From an uncultured delta proteobacterium (GTDB lineage Bacteria; Desulfobacterota; Binatia; UBA9968), in contig CAWDPO010000045.1 in the NCBI GenBank assembly GCA_963804165.1, forward strand, positions 245,643 to 309,642: a stretch of DNA of 64,000 nucleotides, read 5' to 3'. Positions 31,548-42,065 of this stretch are shown here, in pieces (the first letter of the stretch is position 1; each line of letters starts with the position of its first letter). A program made the position numbers and the translations under genes. Below the pieces are notes generated by a model, which was not told the DNA's origin, ran no database searches, and saw nothing but the letters and a program-made list of their open reading frames with translations.

Positions 31548-33131
31548 TTACTCGATGACCTCGATCGCCAATCGATAGGCCGGCAATCGGTAGCCATGCG
31601 CCAACGCCGGAAAGTCGCGGGCAAAGGTTAAAACCGGCGTCTGGTAATTCCACGGCACGCGGTCTTTGCCGCGGTAAATCGCCGGATATAAATCAATCAG
31701 GTGAGTGCCCGGATTTCCGCTGGCGACAAGGTTGATCGTGACGTCGCCGTTACTGTTAAAGCCGCAGGCGTAGCCGAGCACCGCGTTGTCGTAACTGACC
31801 GCCAAAGTGTTATCGAGCTCGGTCCAGCCCACTCCCTTGATCTGAATGGTGAAAGGCTCGCCGACTTTGACGCGCTTGGGTGTCACCGTCACGAGACTTT
31901 GCTCGACATAAAAAGGCGCTTCCGCCAATACGCGGTCACGTGTGACGATTTTCACCACGTGCCAACCACCGAGGTCGTCGGGAATTTTGATGCTCGCCGC
32001 CAGGGAGCCATCCGATTTCGTCGTCGCGCTAGCCAGCGGCACGCTATCGAGGTTCCAGCCGCTCGGCGTCATACGGTTGCCTCGGGCCGTGACAAAATGC
32101 ACGCCGACTTCGCTGTTCGGCGGCAGACCGCTGGCGCGCAGCGTCGTCTGCGAATTCACTGGGCCTGACGACGGATTCAATGTCGTCGCGTTCGCCGTCG
32201 CCGGCTTCATCGTCATCGTCGTGCGCGGCGCATCCACCTTCAACTGCGCAATCCTTCCGCTCTCCGGCCACTGCAGCTTATCCGGCGGCGGACCGGCGTC
32301 TTTGGTAACGTTGAAGCTAAATCGAAACTCTTGCTGATTGTCGATGTGCGAATAGATGTAGGCTTGCGGCGATTGCTGTGTGTTGAGATAGGCGCCGGGC
32401 GCATAGGCGGTACTGTTGTTGAGTTGAATGATATGCTTTCCGGCTCCGCCCGCGGCGCGGATTTGTAAGACCGCCGTGCCCTTGGTCGTTACGGCGGAAA
32501 TTTCGCCGCTGTATTTATTGTCGTAACGGAGTGCCATAAATTGCTCGAAGCCCTGCCAGCCCATTCCCTTCACCATTAAGGTGATCGGCGTCCCCAACGG
32601 ACCTTCAGACGGCGTCATCGTTGCGCTGCGCAGAATGCGGAAGCCGCCGCGCGCCGCGTCTTGTCCATCCACGACCGCGAAGATGTCATGCACCTCGCCG
32701 AAGTCTTCCGGCGCGCTGAACGTCGCGCTTACTCGTCCCTTCGCATCGGTCGTTGCACTGCCCAGTGAGACACGCTTCTCGTCATATTTGCGCTCGTGAT
32801 ATTCGACGTTGTCGGTCAACACTTTGGTGAGATACGCCGCATCGACGGTGCTCCAGAAAAACTCAACTTTCTTGCCCACGGGTAATCCGTCCGCTTGGAT
32901 CGTGAAGTGATCCCCGACGTAACCTTTCACCGGTTCGATCTTGAGAAACTTGATTGCCGCGGGCGCACCATTCGATTTGACCGCTCCCCCCGCGTTGGTT
33001 GGACTTGTCGCCGCGATCGATGGAGCCGCGGAATCCGTTTCCCGCTCTGCAGCCGGCACTTCGCTCGCAAAGACGAGCGTCAATCCGGCGACAGCCACGA
33101 CGCTTCGGCCAAAATCCATCACGGTAATCAT
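31548..33131 (-). CDS. Hypothetical secreted protein with four Ig/IPT-like domains (A-B-A'-B')
   Basis: Signal peptide; internal repeats PEDFGEVHDI/PDDLGGWHVV and KGMGW..YDN..GKH/KGVGW..YDN..GTH. Confidence 0.8.
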   Translation of the reverse strand: MITVMDFGRSVVAVAGLTLVFASEVPAAERETDSAAPSIAATSPTNAGGAVKSNGAPAAIKFLKIEPVKGYVGDHFTIQADGLPVGKKVEFFWSTVDAAYLTKVLTDNVEYHERKYDEKRVSLGSATTDAKGRVSATFSAPEDFGEVHDIFAVVDGQDAARGGFRILRSATMTPSEGPLGTPITLMVKGMGWQGFEQFMALRYDNKYSGEISAVTTKGTAVLQIRAAGGAGKHIIQLNNSTAYAPGAYLNTQQSPQAYIYSHIDNQQEFRFSFNVTKDAGPPPDKLQWPESGRIAQLKVDAPRTTMTMKPATANATTLNPSSGPVNSQTTLRASGLPPNSEVGVHFVTARGNRMTPSGWNLDSVPLASATTKSDGSLAASIKIPDDLGGWHVVKIVTRDRVLAEAPFYVEQSLVTVTPKRVKVGEPFTIQIKGVGWTELDNTLAVSYDNAVLGYACGFNSNGDVTINLVASGNPGTHLIDLYPAIYRGKDRVPWNYQTPVLTFARDFPALAHGYRLPAYRLAIEVIE

Positions 33132-33140
33132 TTGCGTACC

Positions 33141-33833
33141 TCAGTCGATGATTCTAACCCGGCTATCAGCGGTCTTAGCCTTTTGTACCGGCGGGGTGAA
33201 AGTCGCCGTGCGGCCGTCCTTGGTCGCAACCGTGATCCGATAATCGAATGATCCTAACGGATAATCCGGCGGAATATCCCAGGAACCGTCCCACATCCAC
33301 GCGGAATCCGGCAGTGCTGCCACGCTGCCGCGGATTGCCCAGCGCGCCGCAACTTCTTCGCCATGCGGCAACACGACCTTGAGCGTCGCGCCGTCCCTAT
33401 CCGTCACTCGCTTACCCGTGGACGTATCGAGGACCTCGAAGCGAAAGACGATTCTCATGCCACGTTTAAACACGCCACTCTGAATACAGGGTTGCGTCGG
33501 TGTGAACCCATATCGACTCGGCCCCGTGCTCGTCAGGGTTTCCACGTAAAAGAAATACGGACCCACAGGTTCATAATAGGAGGCTGGTGTCGGGTGCGGC
33601 GGCGGCTTCGGCGGCCCCCCCGAAGGCGGCGGTGGCGGTGGGCCCTTTTTCACGCCGAGAACGAGCATGGCATCCGCGCTCGCTTGGGTTGCCAGCGGCA
33701 CCGCGGTTTGCGCTTTGGTCTTGGCCTCATCGGCCGGCGTTACCGCCGACGGCGCGCACGCCGCGATGAACGACCCGATGACCGTCGACAGCGCGAGGAA
33801 GAAAGAGCTTCGAATTGATGTTGGGAGCCTCAT
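33141..33833 (-). CDS. Hypothetical lipoprotein with Pro-rich linker and beta-rich C domain
   Basis: AGGAGG RBS, lipobox FIAAC, GPPPPPPSGGPPKPPP, WDIPPDYPLG. Confidence 0.78.
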   Translation of the reverse strand: MRLPTSIRSSFFLALSTVIGSFIAACAPSAVTPADEAKTKAQTAVPLATQASADAMLVLGVKKGPPPPPPSGGPPKPPPHPTPASYYEPVGPYFFYVETLTSTGPSRYGFTPTQPCIQSGVFKRGMRIVFRFEVLDTSTGKRVTDRDGATLKVVLPHGEEVAARWAIRGSVAALPDSAWMWDGSWDIPPDYPLGSFDYRITVATKDGRTATFTPPVQKAKTADSRVRIID

Positions 33834-34004
33834 ACCCTGCCCTCCTGTCACGTGCTCGTACAACCGCACGGTGAAGCTATCAAAGCATCTCTAGCCGGGC
33901 AGCAAACGTGCTGTAAAATAGGAGACCCGTCCATCAACTGTCAAGCCGAAACTAAGCGAACGAATCGAATGTATTCGCCTTTGAGCCTGCCTACTGCCAG
34001 CGGA

Positions 34005-35657
34005 TTAATTCTCTCCGCTGGCAAACACTGATTGCGCGATTTGTAACGCTTCGTCTTGAATTTTTTTCAGGTGCTCTTCCGAGAGCAGACTTTCGGCGTA
34101 GATCTTACACAAATCCTCGGTGCCCGACGGCCGCACCGCAAACCAGCCGCTGCGCGCCGCAACTTTGAGGCCGCCGATCTCCGCGCCGTTTCCCGGCGCG
34201 GTTGTCAGCTTGGCAATAATCGGTTCGCCGGCCAGCTCAGTGGCCCTAAGGGACTCGGGACGAAGTAATTTGAGAGCTTGTTTCTGCGCTTGGGTTGCCG
34301 GTAAATCCACGCGCGCGTAACTGGGCCGCCCAAGCTCCTTGGTCAACTCTTCGTACCAGGCTCCGGGATCGCGCCCGGTCGTCGCGATGATCTCGGCGGC
34401 GAGCAGAGAAAGAATGATGCCATCTTTGTCGGTTGTCCACACCGTTCCATTTCGGCAGAGAAAGCTCGCGCCCGCGCTTTCCTCGCCGCCGAAACAAATT
34501 GTCCCGTCGAAAAGACCTTGAGAAAACCATTTGAATCCGACCGGAACTTCAAAAAGTTTTCTGCCGAGCCGTTCGACCACTCTGTCGATAAGCGAGCTGC
34601 TAACCAACGTTTTGCCGACCGCTGCATCCTCGTTCCACTCGGGCCGATGCGTGAGCAAATAATTGATCGCCACCGCGAGGTAATGATTTGGATTCATCAG
34701 ACCGAGGGACGGCGTCACGATGCCGTGGCGGTCCGAGTCGGCGTCATTTCCCACGGCGATTTGAAATCGATCTTTGAGGCTGACCAAACTCGCCATCGCG
34801 TATGGGCTTGAGCAGTCCATCCTGATCTTGCCGTCATGATCCAAGGTCATGAAGCGAAATGTCGGATCGATCTTGTCATTGACCACCGTGAGATCGAGTC
34901 GATAGCGCTCGGCAATTCTCTGCCAATACGCGAGCGCCGCACCTCCCAGCGGATCGACGCCGATCTTTACACGCGCCGAGCGAATCGCGTCCATATCGAT
35001 CACCGCCGTCAGATCGTCGACGTAGGGACCGAGTAAATCATCTTCATGCGTGGTGGCAGATTTGAGCGCCGCGTCATAGGCAATTTTTCTCACCGAGAGA
35101 TTATTTTCTCGCAACAGCTCGTTAGCGCGCCGCTGAATCCAGTCAGTCACGTCGGTGTCCGCCGGGCCGCCTTGCGGCGGATTGTATTTGAAACCGCCGT
35201 CCCCGGGCGGGTTGTGCGACGGCGTGACCACGATGCCGTCGGCCAGGTGATCCTTCCCATCGCGGTTATGAACCAAGATCGCGCGTGAAATTGACGGCGT
35301 CGGCGTAAAGCCATCGTCTCGCTGGATGACCGTTTCAACCCCATTGGCGGCGAGCACTTCGAGCGCGCTCTTCTGTGCCGGGCCCGACACCGCATGCGTG
35401 TCCTTGCCCATGAACAGCGGTCCGGTGATTTTTTTGCTGGCGCGGTATTCGCAGATTGCTTGGGTGATGGCGAGAATGTGCGCCTCGTTGAGCGTGCCGT
35501 CGAGCGGGCTGCCGCGATGACCGCTAGTGCCGAAACTCACCAACTGGCGAGGATCATCGACATCGGGTCGTTTCTGGTAATAGGTTTTCTCGAGGCGATC
35601 AACGTCGATCAGAACATCGGCCGGGGCCGGTTTTCCTGCGAGCGGATGAATGGCCAT
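34005..35657 (-). CDS. pgm: Phosphoglucomutase (alpha-D-glucose-1,6-bisphosphate dependent)
   Basis: [48 protein letters not shown]. Confidence 0.96.
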   Translation of the reverse strand: MAIHPLAGKPAPADVLIDVDRLEKTYYQKRPDVDDPRQLVSFGTSGHRGSPLDGTLNEAHILAITQAICEYRASKKITGPLFMGKDTHAVSGPAQKSALEVLAANGVETVIQRDDGFTPTPSISRAILVHNRDGKDHLADGIVVTPSHNPPGDGGFKYNPPQGGPADTDVTDWIQRRANELLRENNLSVRKIAYDAALKSATTHEDDLLGPYVDDLTAVIDMDAIRSARVKIGVDPLGGAALAYWQRIAERYRLDLTVVNDKIDPTFRFMTLDHDGKIRMDCSSPYAMASLVSLKDRFQIAVGNDADSDRHGIVTPSLGLMNPNHYLAVAINYLLTHRPEWNEDAAVGKTLVSSSLIDRVVERLGRKLFEVPVGFKWFSQGLFDGTICFGGEESAGASFLCRNGTVWTTDKDGIILSLLAAEIIATTGRDPGAWYEELTKELGRPSYARVDLPATQAQKQALKLLRPESLRATELAGEPIIAKLTTAPGNGAEIGGLKVAARSGWFAVRPSGTEDLCKIYAESLLSEEHLKKIQDEALQIAQSVFASGEN

Positions 35658-35772
35658 GTACAATCCCTTCGTAACGGCGCTGACTTTAAACGCAGGCCAC
35701 AATGTTATCTTAATTTATACAACGAGGAGAATGTAGATCATAGCCGCGACGGAAATTGTTTGGACCGCGCTC

Positions 35773-37153
35773 TTAAAACACTTCCAACGCATAGAGTTTG
35801 GCGTTTTCGATGGCGACTTTGAGCACGACGTCGTCTTTGATGGAAGTTTGCACCGCGTGATCCAAAGCATCGCAGTCCGGCGATGGCGAAAGACTTCGTC
35901 TTGCCGTCGCGCGAAACAGCGTCGATCACAATTCTGCCGCCGCGGCAGTCGGCGTTGATTTTGATTTGCCCTTTCCGACTTTCGAGCGGCACGGTCGTAA
36001 ATCGGCCGCTGGACGATGTGGCGTAAACAAACCCGTCTTTTCGCAAGGTTGCAAGTCCGATGCAGAAGCGATGATGCTGTTCATCATACGGGCTGTCTTT
36101 CTCACCCGCGGCGTGGTCAAAATTGGCGCCGCCGTAGTACACGCGCACCTGGTCTTTCAAAAACAGTGGTTGTCCCGCAGTCGTGATCATGCCGCTGTCC
36201 CAAGCGTTCGCGCCAAGCGGGATTAGCGGCGTATCCGAAAATCTTTTCCAGCTCTTGCCGTCGGCGCTGCCGGCGAGAAAGACCTCGATCTTGCCCTGAT
36301 GCGTGCCGTGTTCGAGTCTCATGGTCGACATAGAAAAGCCACAGCAAACCCAAATAACCATCGCCGTAGTTGAATCCACAGAGCCCGTAATAATCGGCCC
36401 AGCACAGACCATTGTCTCGCGCCAGTCGGTCTTCGTCATCGCCGGGAATCCATATCGTCGTCGGGTCGCTCCAGTGGACGAAATCATCGCTCTCGGACAA
36501 GCCGACGCACCTTCTCGTCCGGCCTTCGCCATCGCTCTCATAGGTTTTCACGTGACTCACGAACTTGCCCGTGCGCGTGTCTTTGAATGCCGGCGCGACG
36601 TCGCTGAACCAAGTTTTACGATTATTCTTGGCGGGAAACTTGAGCAGCGGGATCACCGGGTTTTCAACGGCGGGATAAAAATCAATGCCGTCTTTGGAAA
36701 ACGCCGCGCAATAACCCCTGCCGATAAAACCGAAAAGTTTGAAGGGGCGAGCGCGATCGATCGGATCGTAAACCATGCTCGGCATGTGCAGGTCGAGGAC
36801 TACGTTGGACTTGACCCGCAGCGGCCGAGCTGCGCTTGTGCATAATTCAGCGCCACCCGCCGATGCCACCGTCGGACCGACGCTCGGCTGTTCGACAGAA
36901 AACCTATTGACTAGCGGTTTTTCCCACTTGATGCCGTCGCGCGAGCGGGCGTAGGCAACATAGATTCCGCCCGCCTGGTACCACATCCGGTAAATCGTCG
37001 TCTTGAGCACCGAACCATAGAGATAGGCCACACATTTTCCCACGGATACTCGGGCACGAGGACGGGATCGCCGTGCTTCACGGCGTCGCCTTGTTTGAAA
37101 TCGATTCCCTCTAACCAGGCGATCTGACTCGAGTAAGGGAAAACTATTTTCAT
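35773..37153 (-). CDS. Five-bladed beta-propeller glycoside-hydrolase-like protein (GH32/43/130-like), multiple frameshifts
   Basis: YRMWY, YARSRDGIKWEKP, SKDGIDF, SESDDFVHWS, SADGKSW, WDSG, YYGG, IGLATLRKDGFV across several overlapping frames. Confidence 0.7.
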
Positions 37154-37250
37154 CCGGTGTTAAAGAGGCGAGCTTAGATGTGAATGATTCTAGCGCAATC
37201 GAACAAAGTTAGCTAAATGAATCAAAGTAATCAGACGACGATTAATCTCG

Positions 37251-37380
37251 TAGTCACTGAAAAAAGCAAAGAATGCTTCGACGCGCTCAGCATGAACGGA
37301 AGTTTCTGCGCGATTTCTGTGTTAACTCCGTTCGTCCCGAGCTTGTCGAGGGAGTCCAAAAAGTTTTTCATTATCCGCTA
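37251..37380. repeat. REP-like palindrome doublet flanked by degenerate IS-like ends
   Basis: CTTCGACGCGCTCAGCATGAACGGA (37276-37300) inverted to TCCGTTCGTCCCGAGCTTGTCGAGGG (37327-37352); flanks TAGTCACTGAAAAA and TTTTTCATTATCCGCTA. Confidence 0.7.
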
Positions 37381-37410
37381 AGGAGATACTAGTCTAATCT
37401 GGGGATAAAT

Positions 37411-38430
37411 CTATAAGTTTTTTAACGCGGGCATCACCCGCTCGGCGAACAGACGAATATTTTTCAGCGCCATTTCCTGCGGCATGCCACCGAAGTGAAA
37501 CGTGCCGGAGAACGTCGTGATGCCGCCTTCTTCATGCCAACGCTGGATCGTGTCACTACAGCGCTCAGGATCGCCGACGATGATAAAACCACGCGCCATA
37601 TCGGAGCCGATGTCGCGTTCGGTCAATCGGCGGCTGGGATCGGCCGCGTGATGAAGATCGCTGTAGTTTTTCATGAACGGCGCCGCTTCGCGCATGCCGC
37701 GCTCGAAACTATCCGAAACGTAGATGTGAAATTTGCCCAACACTTCGCGCCGGACGAAATCATGCCCGCTTTTTGCCAACGCGCCGCGATAAATTTTTAT
37801 CAGGTCGTGCAGTGCGTCTGTCGTCGGATGAACGAAAGGGACGGTCATCAAGTCGTAATCCATTTCACCGGCCCAGCGAAACGTTTCCTCGCTGCGCGTC
37901 GCGCCGACCCAGATCGGCGGACGCGGCCGCTGCACGGGTTTGGGCAGAATATTGACGTTGTCGTAGTTATAGAATTGGCCGTGAAAGTTGATCGGCGCGT
38001 CCGACCACGCCTGGCGAATGATCTCCGCGCTCTCGCTGAACCGCGCGGTCGCCTCGTCTCGGCTCGCGCCGAATTTTCGGTACTCCACCGGCTCGCTACC
38101 CTTGCCGATACCAAAATCGATGCGGCCGTTGGAGATGACATCGGCCATGGCATAGGCTTCCGCCAACTCCAAAGGACTATGCAGCGGCAGCACGGCCACC
38201 GCCACGCCGAGACGGATCCTTGAGGTCATCTGCGCGACGGCGGATAAAAAAGTCGGCGGATGAGGCAGCGTGCCGCCATAGCCGCCGAAGTGATGCTCGG
38301 TGACCCAGGCCTGGTCAAAGCCAAGCTTCTCCACCTCGACGATCTGCTCGAACATGCAGCGATAGTAGTCCGCCAGCGTGCCGTCGACCTCCGGCATGTA
38401 GGTGGGAAGAATATGGGTGCCAAATTTCAT
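37411..38430 (-). CDS. LLM-class flavin-dependent oxidoreductase
   Basis: WVTEHHFGGYGG, AEAYAMADVISNGRIDFGIGKG, PKPVQRPRPPIW, LFAERVMP. Confidence 0.92.
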   Translation of the reverse strand: MKFGTHILPTYMPEVDGTLADYYRCMFEQIVEVEKLGFDQAWVTEHHFGGYGGTLPHPPTFLSAVAQMTSRIRLGVAVAVLPLHSPLELAEAYAMADVISNGRIDFGIGKGSEPVEYRKFGASRDEATARFSESAEIIRQAWSDAPINFHGQFYNYDNVNILPKPVQRPRPPIWVGATRSEETFRWAGEMDYDLMTVPFVHPTTDALHDLIKIYRGALAKSGHDFVRREVLGKFHIYVSDSFERGMREAAPFMKNYSDLHHAADPSRRLTERDIGSDMARGFIIVGDPERCSDTIQRWHEEGGITTFSGTFHFGGMPQEMALKNIRLFAERVMPALKNL

Positions 38431-38437
38431 GGCGCCA

Positions 38438-39469
38438 TTAAAACAAAATCGTTTTCAACTTGGCCAACAGGCCGGCATCCAGCTTGAAAATGCCTTCCAC
38501 CGTTTTTCTCATGTCCTCGGCGGTTACCGGCGCGAGGCCGATCTTCGCTTTGTCCGCCTCTCCGATAAAGTCGTTGTCTTTGACGGTCTCCTGCAAGGCC
38601 TTCTGTAGGATTTGCGCGCGTTCGATCGGTGTACCCGGCGGCAGCGCCAAGGTCTTGGTAATTTTGCTCGGATAGTGAATGCCGTATTCGATCAATTGTT
38701 TGGCTTCCGCCGTCTTGGCGAGATCGATGGCGAGCGGCACCTTGGGCAAGTCGGGAAATGCTTTCGGCACTGTTTGCAACACGATCGTCACCGTGCCCGA
38801 TTCAAGCGCCTTCTGCCAAGTACCGCGCATGGAGTCCCAACCCCAAGTCGTGCCGTCGATCTCGCCGCTCTCCGCGGCGATGCGCATGTCCGCCGTGCCC
38901 TTATAGCCGGAAATGACCTGGATTGGCAGATTGAGCGCGGCTTTGACGACTTTAATGACATTGTCGGTGCCGAACGCTCCGGGCCCGGTAGTGCCCAGCT
39001 TCAACGGCGTCTTTGCCGCGAACCACTTATCCATACTGTTGATGCCGCTCGCTTTGGTCAGCGCAATCGCGCTCTCATCGCGCGCCACGGCGCCGACGAA
39101 AACAAATTTCTGGACGTCAAATTCGATGCCCGGCTGCCCCATCACCTGGCTGTAAGCAAACCCGCCGCTGAAGTGGCCGAAGGTGAGACCATCAGGCTTG
39201 GCGACTTTGAAGATATGATTGGCCGCCAGCAAGCTCCCCGCGCCGGTCATGTTCTCGACGAGAATGGTCGGGTGCCCAGGAATATACTTGGGCATATGGC
39301 GGGACAGCATGCGCGCCAGCGCATCGTAACCGCCGCCGGGTGAAAACCCCACGATGATGCGAATGGTTTTGCCTTCGTAGAAGTTGCTTTGCGCCATGCC
39401 GGTATGGACGGCAAAAAGTGTCCAGGCAGTAAAAATCGTGAGCGGGACGACGAATTTTCTCATCGGCAA
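38438..39469 (-). CDS. TctC/Bug family substrate-binding protein
   Basis: FYEGKTIRIIVGFSPGGGYD, NMTGAGSL, KPDGLT, YKGTA. Confidence 0.92.
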   Translation of the reverse strand: MPMRKFVVPLTIFTAWTLFAVHTGMAQSNFYEGKTIRIIVGFSPGGGYDALARMLSRHMPKYIPGHPTILVENMTGAGSLLAANHIFKVAKPDGLTFGHFSGGFAYSQVMGQPGIEFDVQKFVFVGAVARDESAIALTKASGINSMDKWFAAKTPLKLGTTGPGAFGTDNVIKVVKAALNLPIQVISGYKGTADMRIAAESGEIDGTTWGWDSMRGTWQKALESGTVTIVLQTVPKAFPDLPKVPLAIDLAKTAEAKQLIEYGIHYPSKITKTLALPPGTPIERAQILQKALQETVKDNDFIGEADKAKIGLAPVTAEDMRKTVEGIFKLDAGLLAKLKTILF

Positions 39470-39567
39470 ACCTCCTCGAGAATCGGCCCAAAGCTAGTTG
39501 AACTGTCGCTTGGGCGTCAAGCGAAAACAACGGGGATGCGATCCACCGGACCCTTGCGCGGCTTCGC

Positions 39568-40422
39568 CTAATCTTCTTTCAGGTAATCCTGCCAAACGTG
39601 CTGAGGCTTGAAGCCGAGCATACGCCGCGCCTTGGCAGAATCGACGCAACTCCAGTGGGTACCGGCCATTTTTTTTATCTTGGCGCCTTTTGGCAGATAT
39701 TTTTTGACCAGCTCCAGTGTCGGCTGGATCATGCAATTTTTCGGAGCCGACGCGATGAAGACTTCGTGGCCCTTGAATTTCGCCTCCAAGGCCAATCGGC
39801 AAGTGGTCGCGGCGTCGCGCGCATCGATGTAGGTCCAGAAACCGCTCGCCCGCGTCGGCGGATTGCGCCAGCGCTCTCTGAAGGTTTCGTAAGACAGATC
39901 GAAGTTGACGCCGGGAAAGCGCAAGCTGCTTATCGTCATATCGCCATTTACCGAAACGATCGAATCGGCAATCTGCTCGCCAAGCACTTTGGACAGGCCG
40001 TAGGAGTCCTGCGGCTTGGACGGATGATTCTCGTCGAGCGGAAGATACTCCGGCGCCCACAGTTTGGTGGCATAGATGAATCCAAACGCCGCCGTGCTCG
40101 ACGCGATGACGACTTTCTTCACGCCCATATCTGCCGCAGCCCGTAGCACGTTGTAAGTCGCCGACACATTGTTGCTGAGCGTTTCCGCGTCCGGCGCGAG
40201 ATTGGGCGCCTGATAGGCGCCGAGGTGAATAATGCCGTAAGCATCCTTCAGCGCCTCGAACAGATCTCCAGAGCGTCGCAGATCGGCAAGCCAGCTCGTG
40301 CAAAGTTTTTCCCGCGGCGGGACTCTGTCTATGCTGAGCACCTGGAAGCCGTGAGCCAGCAGATCGCGAATCACGAACTGCCCCAGTTTTCCGCTGCCGC
40401 CGGTCACCACGACTTTTTTCAT
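39568..40422 (-). CDS. NAD-dependent epimerase/dehydratase (extended SDR)
   Basis: VTGGSGKLG, ASS, YGLSK. Confidence 0.9.
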   Translation of the reverse strand: MKKVVVTGGSGKLGQFVIRDLLAHGFQVLSIDRVPPREKLCTSWLADLRRSGDLFEALKDAYGIIHLGAYQAPNLAPDAETLSNNVSATYNVLRAAADMGVKKVVIASSTAAFGFIYATKLWAPEYLPLDENHPSKPQDSYGLSKVLGEQIADSIVSVNGDMTISSLRFPGVNFDLSYETFRERWRNPPTRASGFWTYIDARDAATTCRLALEAKFKGHEVFIASAPKNCMIQPTLELVKKYLPKGAKIKKMAGTHWSCVDSAKARRMLGFKPQHVWQDYLKED

Positions 40423-40447
40423 TTCAATCGAAATCTCCTCCTACGCG

Positions 40448-40480
40448 TTGAACGGTTTGAACGGCTTGAACGATTTGAAC
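40448..40480. repeat. 9-bp-period tandem repeat (TTGAACGnn), second copy
   Basis: TTGAAC at 40448, 40457, 40466 and 40475. Confidence 0.85.
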
Positions 40481-40494
40481 TAACGTTTTCTCGT

Positions 40495-41529
40495 CTAGCG
40501 TTTCGGTATCAGCAGGTCCTTGAGTTTGGCAATCAGCGGTGGCGGCAGGTCATAAAGGCCCGCGAAAGTCTTCGCGGTGGTCGGTCCGTCGATCGGCGCG
40601 ACCTCCAAGTCGGCCTTTTTTGCTTCCGCGGCAAGCTCGGGATCGCGCAGTGCTTTGACGAACGCCTGTTGCAACACTTGCAGGCGGTCAGGCGGAGTCC
40701 CCGGCGCGACGGAATAAGGGAATTGATAGACGTGCACGTTATCCGCGACCCGCAACAGAGTTTTTGCGTCCTCAGTTTTGGCATAATTAATCGCCAGGGG
40801 AACTTTCTTTAAATCAGGATGCGACTTCAGCGTGGCCTGCAGCACGACGTGAATTTTTGCCGATTCCATCTGGCTGCGCCAAGTCACCTTGGTCGCTTGC
40901 CAAGAGGCGCAGAGGCCGTCGGCTTCGCCGCTTTCTACTGCGAGCCGGGCCTCGGCGCCGCCCTTGTAGCCTTCGATCATTTCCAGCGGCAGGTGTAGCG
41001 CTTCTTTGAGTAGCTTGGGAACATCGGACAGACTTGTCCCTGGTCCGATGGAAGCGATTTTTAGCGGCCGTTTTGAATTGAACCAATCGTCGACGGTTTT
41101 AATCCCGCTCTCGCGGTTAAAGTGACACGCGGTATCGTAAGGACCAGGAATGCCGGCCCAGCCGACTTTGCGGGCGTCGAACTTCGTCGCTTCGTTTCCC
41201 ATGATCTGCTGTAGGATCAGCGGCGAAGCCCAAGCCGCGATCGTAAGCCCATCCGGCTTCACGCGGTTGTAAAGATGATTGGCCGCAATAATTCCGCCCG
41301 CGCCAGGCATGTTTTCCACGATCCTCGTCGGATTCCCGGTGACGTGCTTGCCGATATGACGCGCGATCAGGCGGGTGTACTGATCGTAGGTTCCGCCCGG
41401 CGAATAGCCGACGATGAAAGTTAGCGTCTTGTCTTTCAAGAAATCCTGCGCGCGGGCTTCAGCCGCGCAACTAATGACAACCGCAGCAGCAACTACGTTT
41501 ACGATCCATCGATAACGTTTTCGGCTCAT
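40495..41529 (-). CDS. TctC/Bug family substrate-binding protein
   Basis: IVGYSPGGTYD, NMPGAGG, KPDGLT, YKGG; AAGGAG RBS. Confidence 0.92.
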   Translation of the reverse strand: MSRKRYRWIVNVVAAAVVISCAAEARAQDFLKDKTLTFIVGYSPGGTYDQYTRLIARHIGKHVTGNPTRIVENMPGAGGIIAANHLYNRVKPDGLTIAAWASPLILQQIMGNEATKFDARKVGWAGIPGPYDTACHFNRESGIKTVDDWFNSKRPLKIASIGPGTSLSDVPKLLKEALHLPLEMIEGYKGGAEARLAVESGEADGLCASWQATKVTWRSQMESAKIHVVLQATLKSHPDLKKVPLAINYAKTEDAKTLLRVADNVHVYQFPYSVAPGTPPDRLQVLQQAFVKALRDPELAAEAKKADLEVAPIDGPTTAKTFAGLYDLPPPLIAKLKDLLIPKR

Positions 41530-41731
41530 GACGTTCTCCTTAGATAGGCAAAGCATCTTGTACTATATATGCCGGCGCCGTGCCACGGCGAGCCCACGCG
41601 TCCATCGAATAATCTCGCAACGATCGTTTTCAACGAGCCGACAAAACCTTCACGCGAGGCGGTCTCGCTTTCAGCTATGTTTTCGGTCAAACTTTAAGTA
41701 AGGCGTGCTTTAGTAATTGCTCGAACGAACT

Positions 41732-41962
41732 ATGGACAACCAGCAAAGTGATTTTTGGCAGAGCGTTCGGAATCTAAAAAAATCCGCAAAGGACAAAAAA
41801 ATCGCCGGAGTTTGCGGCGGGTTCGGAGAGCATACTCCGATGCCCGCGTGGTTATGGCGGGCTTTGTTTCTCGTCTTGGTCTTCGTCTGGGGCATCGGCC
41901 TCGTCGCCTACATCGTCCTTTGGATCTGTATGCCGGCGCCGGATGAACAACAAGAGATCTAG
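41732..41962 (+). CDS. PspC-domain membrane protein
   Basis: KSAKDKKIAGVCGGFGE, YIVLWICMP. Confidence 0.9.
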   Translation: MDNQQSDFWQSVRNLKKSAKDKKIAGVCGGFGEHTPMPAWLWRALFLVLVFVWGIGLVAYIVLWICMPAPDEQQEI

Positions 41963-42065
41963 CGCTTGGCAGTTTCGGGAACGGTTCCAGGGTCCTGCTT
42001 ACAACGATCTATGCAGACGATTCGAGACCACTGCAGATTGTCCAGCGATCAATCGTGATCATCCT

